Below, in pieces: positions 61,202 to 64,000 of a stretch of 64,000 nt of DNA. A program made the position numbers and the translations under genes. The DNA comes from a virus. The stretch spans positions 43,672-107,671 of the IMG/VR virus record IMGVR_UViG_3300027747_002579. One strand, written 5' to 3'. Under the pieces are notes generated by a model. The model had not been told where the DNA came from, made no database searches, and saw only the letters and a list, made by a program, of their open reading frames with translations. Positions within the stretch are counted from its first letter, which is position 1, and each line of letters starts with the position of its first letter.

Positions 61202-61983
61202 ACTAATGGTAAGGTTAACCTATACACCTAAAGGTTTTAATTAAAATAAGTGCAAAGTGAGAGAATCGAACTCTATAGAACATTCCAATCTTTGCATATC
61301 GCTAATATCAAGAGGATAATCTCAATCAATCAACTAATCTGTGGTAACTGAACAGATTTAAACAGTAGTAAATTTTACAGTTTTTTACTCAACTGGCTGC
61401 AATAGGCATCATAAATCTAATAAACAATTATCTGTTTATTGACCAAGATTCATTTAGCCTGATAATACACACATCCAATTAAGGATATGTAAATTGCAGC
61501 AACTTCTTAATTATTCATCTCCACAAGACGGTCAAATCTTGCAGAGGAAGTTGTTTTTTTATAACATAATGGTTTGTGTTGTGAAGATCTTTCACAAAAA
61601 AAAAATGAAAAAATAATAAAAAATAGGATTTATAAAGGTTTTTTATACGTTAGTTTTAGCATGATATATCAATGCATCTAACGTTTTTTATCCTTCACCA
61701 ACAAGTGAGTTTCCTCTTTTCAAGCGGTATTCTTGTTGTTGTACAGCTCAGCACCACGCTATGAGCCGCCTATTTAGTTTAATACAGGTAAAAGCTAAAT
61801 TACGATGTAATGGACCTAAACCCTGTATTGTTGATGAGCTGAATGTCCCTATCATATCTCATCTTTACAAATCAAATACGTTTTTGTATTTCAGAACGTA
61901 TAAACTGGGGCGTAGTTTTAATTCCCGTCGACCTGTGCCCTAAGGAGAATAAGCAGTTTTATGTCATGCTTAGGACAGGCTGA

Positions 61984-62352
61984 TTAGAATGCAGGGCAAA
62001 TGCCTCTACATCCTATAAAACTATTGCCATCAGGAGTGTATACAGGATCAGCCACTGTATACAATTTGCTGCAATCTACACCTGCAGCCTTAGCAGCTGA
62101 AGCGTATAGAGCAGAAACAATGTAAACATCAAAACCGTCTGGTAATGAGTCTACTCCTGAGAAACTCTTGCCAAATACAGGGATATCAGCAATAGATGGC
62201 AAATCTATTGTAGATATTTTAGCACTAAGCACTCCTGTAGAAGGAATACTTAGCACTACGTCACCTCCAACATACTTGCGTATTGCTGGAGTGAAAACAG
62301 AACCTGAAACCACATTTATGGCATGTGGTGTGCCATTAAAAATCTTAGACAT
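61984..62352 (-). CDS. Hypothetical protein (N.TPH...IVS pattern)
   Basis: 122-aa ORF with A-rich leader. Confidence 0.65.
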   Translation of the reverse strand: MSKIFNGTPHAINVVSGSVFTPAIRKYVGGDVVLSIPSTGVLSAKISTIDLPSIADIPVFGKSFSGVDSLPDGFDVYIVSALYASAAKAAGVDCSKLYTVADPVYTPDGNSFIGCRGICPAF

Positions 62353-62627
62353 AACTATATTGATTTAATTGGTTACTAAAAGTTTGCTCTGTTCCTCCTT
62401 TAAGCTACAGAGACTGATTTCAATGAATATTTGCTAGGAAATCTTACACTTGCGAGAGGGTATATCTCTCTGGGCGTACGCTTTTGTGAACGCAAATATC
62501 CATCTAAGAAGGTTTCCACCTACAATAGCCTAAATGTATTAGACATCAAAATGTTCATTCTTCAGAAGAACATATAACAACAACCCATTCCCATAGAGAA
62601 ACGAATCTCTATGAGAACAGGAATAAT

Positions 62628-62885
62628 TTACCACTGGTCTCCAAAGTGGGACATAAAGTCCCTCCATCTAAAATTCTCATTCTTTTCAAGAATGGAATTC
62701 ATGAGAGCCATATCTTCAGGAGTAGCTTCTCTTACAGTTTTGTCAACCACCTCGAACTCGTAGTGGTTAACAAATTCACGAGCTATCTCTAGCCCGTTCA
62801 TAAAGAATACACTAAAACTTCCTGTAGCACCATCTTCTGCTATGAAATTGCTTACTCTTACAGACACTACGTTGTTAAAACTCAT
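62628..62885 (-). CDS. Hypothetical protein
   Basis: 85-aa ORF. Confidence 0.6.
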   Translation of the reverse strand: MSFNNVVSVRVSNFIAEDGATGSFSVFFMNGLEIAREFVNHYEFEVVDKTVREATPEDMALMNSILEKNENFRWRDFMSHFGDQW

Positions 62886-63397
62886 GATATATATAAATTA
62901 AAGAGGTTACAAAAGAATGTATAAGCGATGTTGTTCTTATACGTACACACAATTAACCATCAACGTATCTACCGTTTGTGTGCTATTGCCATTAAAATAT
63001 TCATTATGTACGGCAATTGTACATAATGTATATAAGAGAATGTGATGTGTTAAGGGTTATTGGTCACCCTATACATCCCTTTCTCCTATATAAATACATG
63101 TTTTGTTTAACGATAAGTTGAAAAAAGCCGCCTTTTCTTTTCAAACGTTAAACAAAACGTATATATCCCCTCTGCATTCAATTGTAATACGTCTTGTACA
63201 AGACATTAAATTATTCCTCGTTCCATTTATGGTCTTTAGGATAATATATTACAATTGCTCATCCTTGGGAAATGAGATTGATGCATTAAATATATTCTTT
63301 CTATAGAACAATATAAAACCCTTTGGAGTATATATATAATTAATTATTCAACACACATTCGTGATGAATATAATATATACCCCAAAGGGGCAGTGGC

Positions 63398-63760
63398 TTA
63401 AGAACCTGCCACTAATGTGTTCAACGGTACTGTTACCGTCTCAGCCGCTGGCTTACGCACCTTCCGCTTGTACTCTTCGTTGGAGTACAATGCTTCGATT
63501 TGCTTTCTGGTCTTCCACACGCTGACTTCTGCAAGTCCTTCAGCGGTGGGTTTCAATGTCAGTGTGAACAGTGAGCCATCGTTGTAGGCATCCAAGAACG
63601 CCTGACTGTCACTGTTAAACTTTGTACCATTAGCAAGGTTGAACAAGTGATATGCTTGTCCTGCTTTGCTATTTGGCTTACCGTCCTTTCGTAGTTCCTG
63701 GTGAATGAGTGTAGCACGGTATTGTACCTGTTCGATTTCAAGTCCTTCTAATGTAATCAT
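63398..63760 (-). CDS. Hypothetical protein, first gene of the leftward block
   Basis: Likely ATG at 63760; higher GC than the rest of the window. Confidence 0.6.
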   Translation of the reverse strand: MITLEGLEIEQVQYRATLIHQELRKDGKPNSKAGQAYHLFNLANGTKFNSDSQAFLDAYNDGSLFTLTLKPTAEGLAEVSVWKTRKQIEALYSNEEYKRKVRKPAAETVTVPLNTLVAGS

Positions 63761-64000
63761 AAAACAAATCACAGGGAGGTATGTTGCACCCCGTCAATCA
63801 AAGGAGGGGTTGATATTGGAAGTACTCTCCTCTCCCATCTACATAAAGGAGGGGGGGGGGCTAGAAAAAAAAATTTTTTTTTTTGTATTTATATTTCCCC
63901 TTACCTTTGAAGGGTGGAGGGCGGGAATAGATCTATAGAAACCATAGAATTTTTAGGATTTTATAGCTTATGTGGTTTAGAGGAGTTTTTAGTTTACACG

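Noticed and set aside
1-64000. Stop-codon reassignment as in some crAss-like phages
   Set aside because: Giant ORFs are intact in the standard code, and TAG/TGA end genes normally.
1-64000. CRISPR array, diversity-generating retroelement, integrase or IS element
   Set aside because: No regularly spaced repeats, reverse transcriptase, recombinase or transposase motifs were seen.

Overview
AT-rich double-stranded DNA phage segment with crAss-like (Crassvirales-related) organisation. A Bacteroidota host is likely, given TAnnTTTG promoters and A-rich leaders without Shine-Dalgarno sequences. The genetic code is standard. The plus strand (1-23.2 kb) carries a 5'-truncated giant virion RNA polymerase (RIPTQ, GSDFDIDK), a 1806-aa polyvalent cargo protein, tail fibre genes and a lysis cassette. 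It continues with an HNH endonuclease, a GT95/GT96-like protein glycosyltransferase, a ferritin-like protein and eight consecutive small Lys-rich genes. The minus strand (23.2-63.8 kb) carries a second glycosyltransferase, PhoH, dUTPase, RecA, an intein-containing class II RNR, nucleases, rIIA/rIIB-like genes, UDG, primase, SSB, ATPase and helicases. It also holds a family B DNA polymerase split by a group I intron with a LAGLIDADG ORF, then a long run of small variable/early genes with tRNA-like and pseudoknotted non-coding elements. The best candidate for a new system is phage-encoded virion protein O-glycosylation. A plant HPAT/SERGT1-like transferase sits beside an unannotated 44-aa gene that joins the tail fibre's N-terminal module to a Ser/Thr-rich tail. 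Other highlights are a stand-alone Xre/MbcA/ParS antitoxin domain, anticodon-defective tRNA mimics, a basic microprotein cluster with recurrent xxGG motifs and an orphan holin-like gene with its own promoter. All family assignments come from motif recognition, not database searches.
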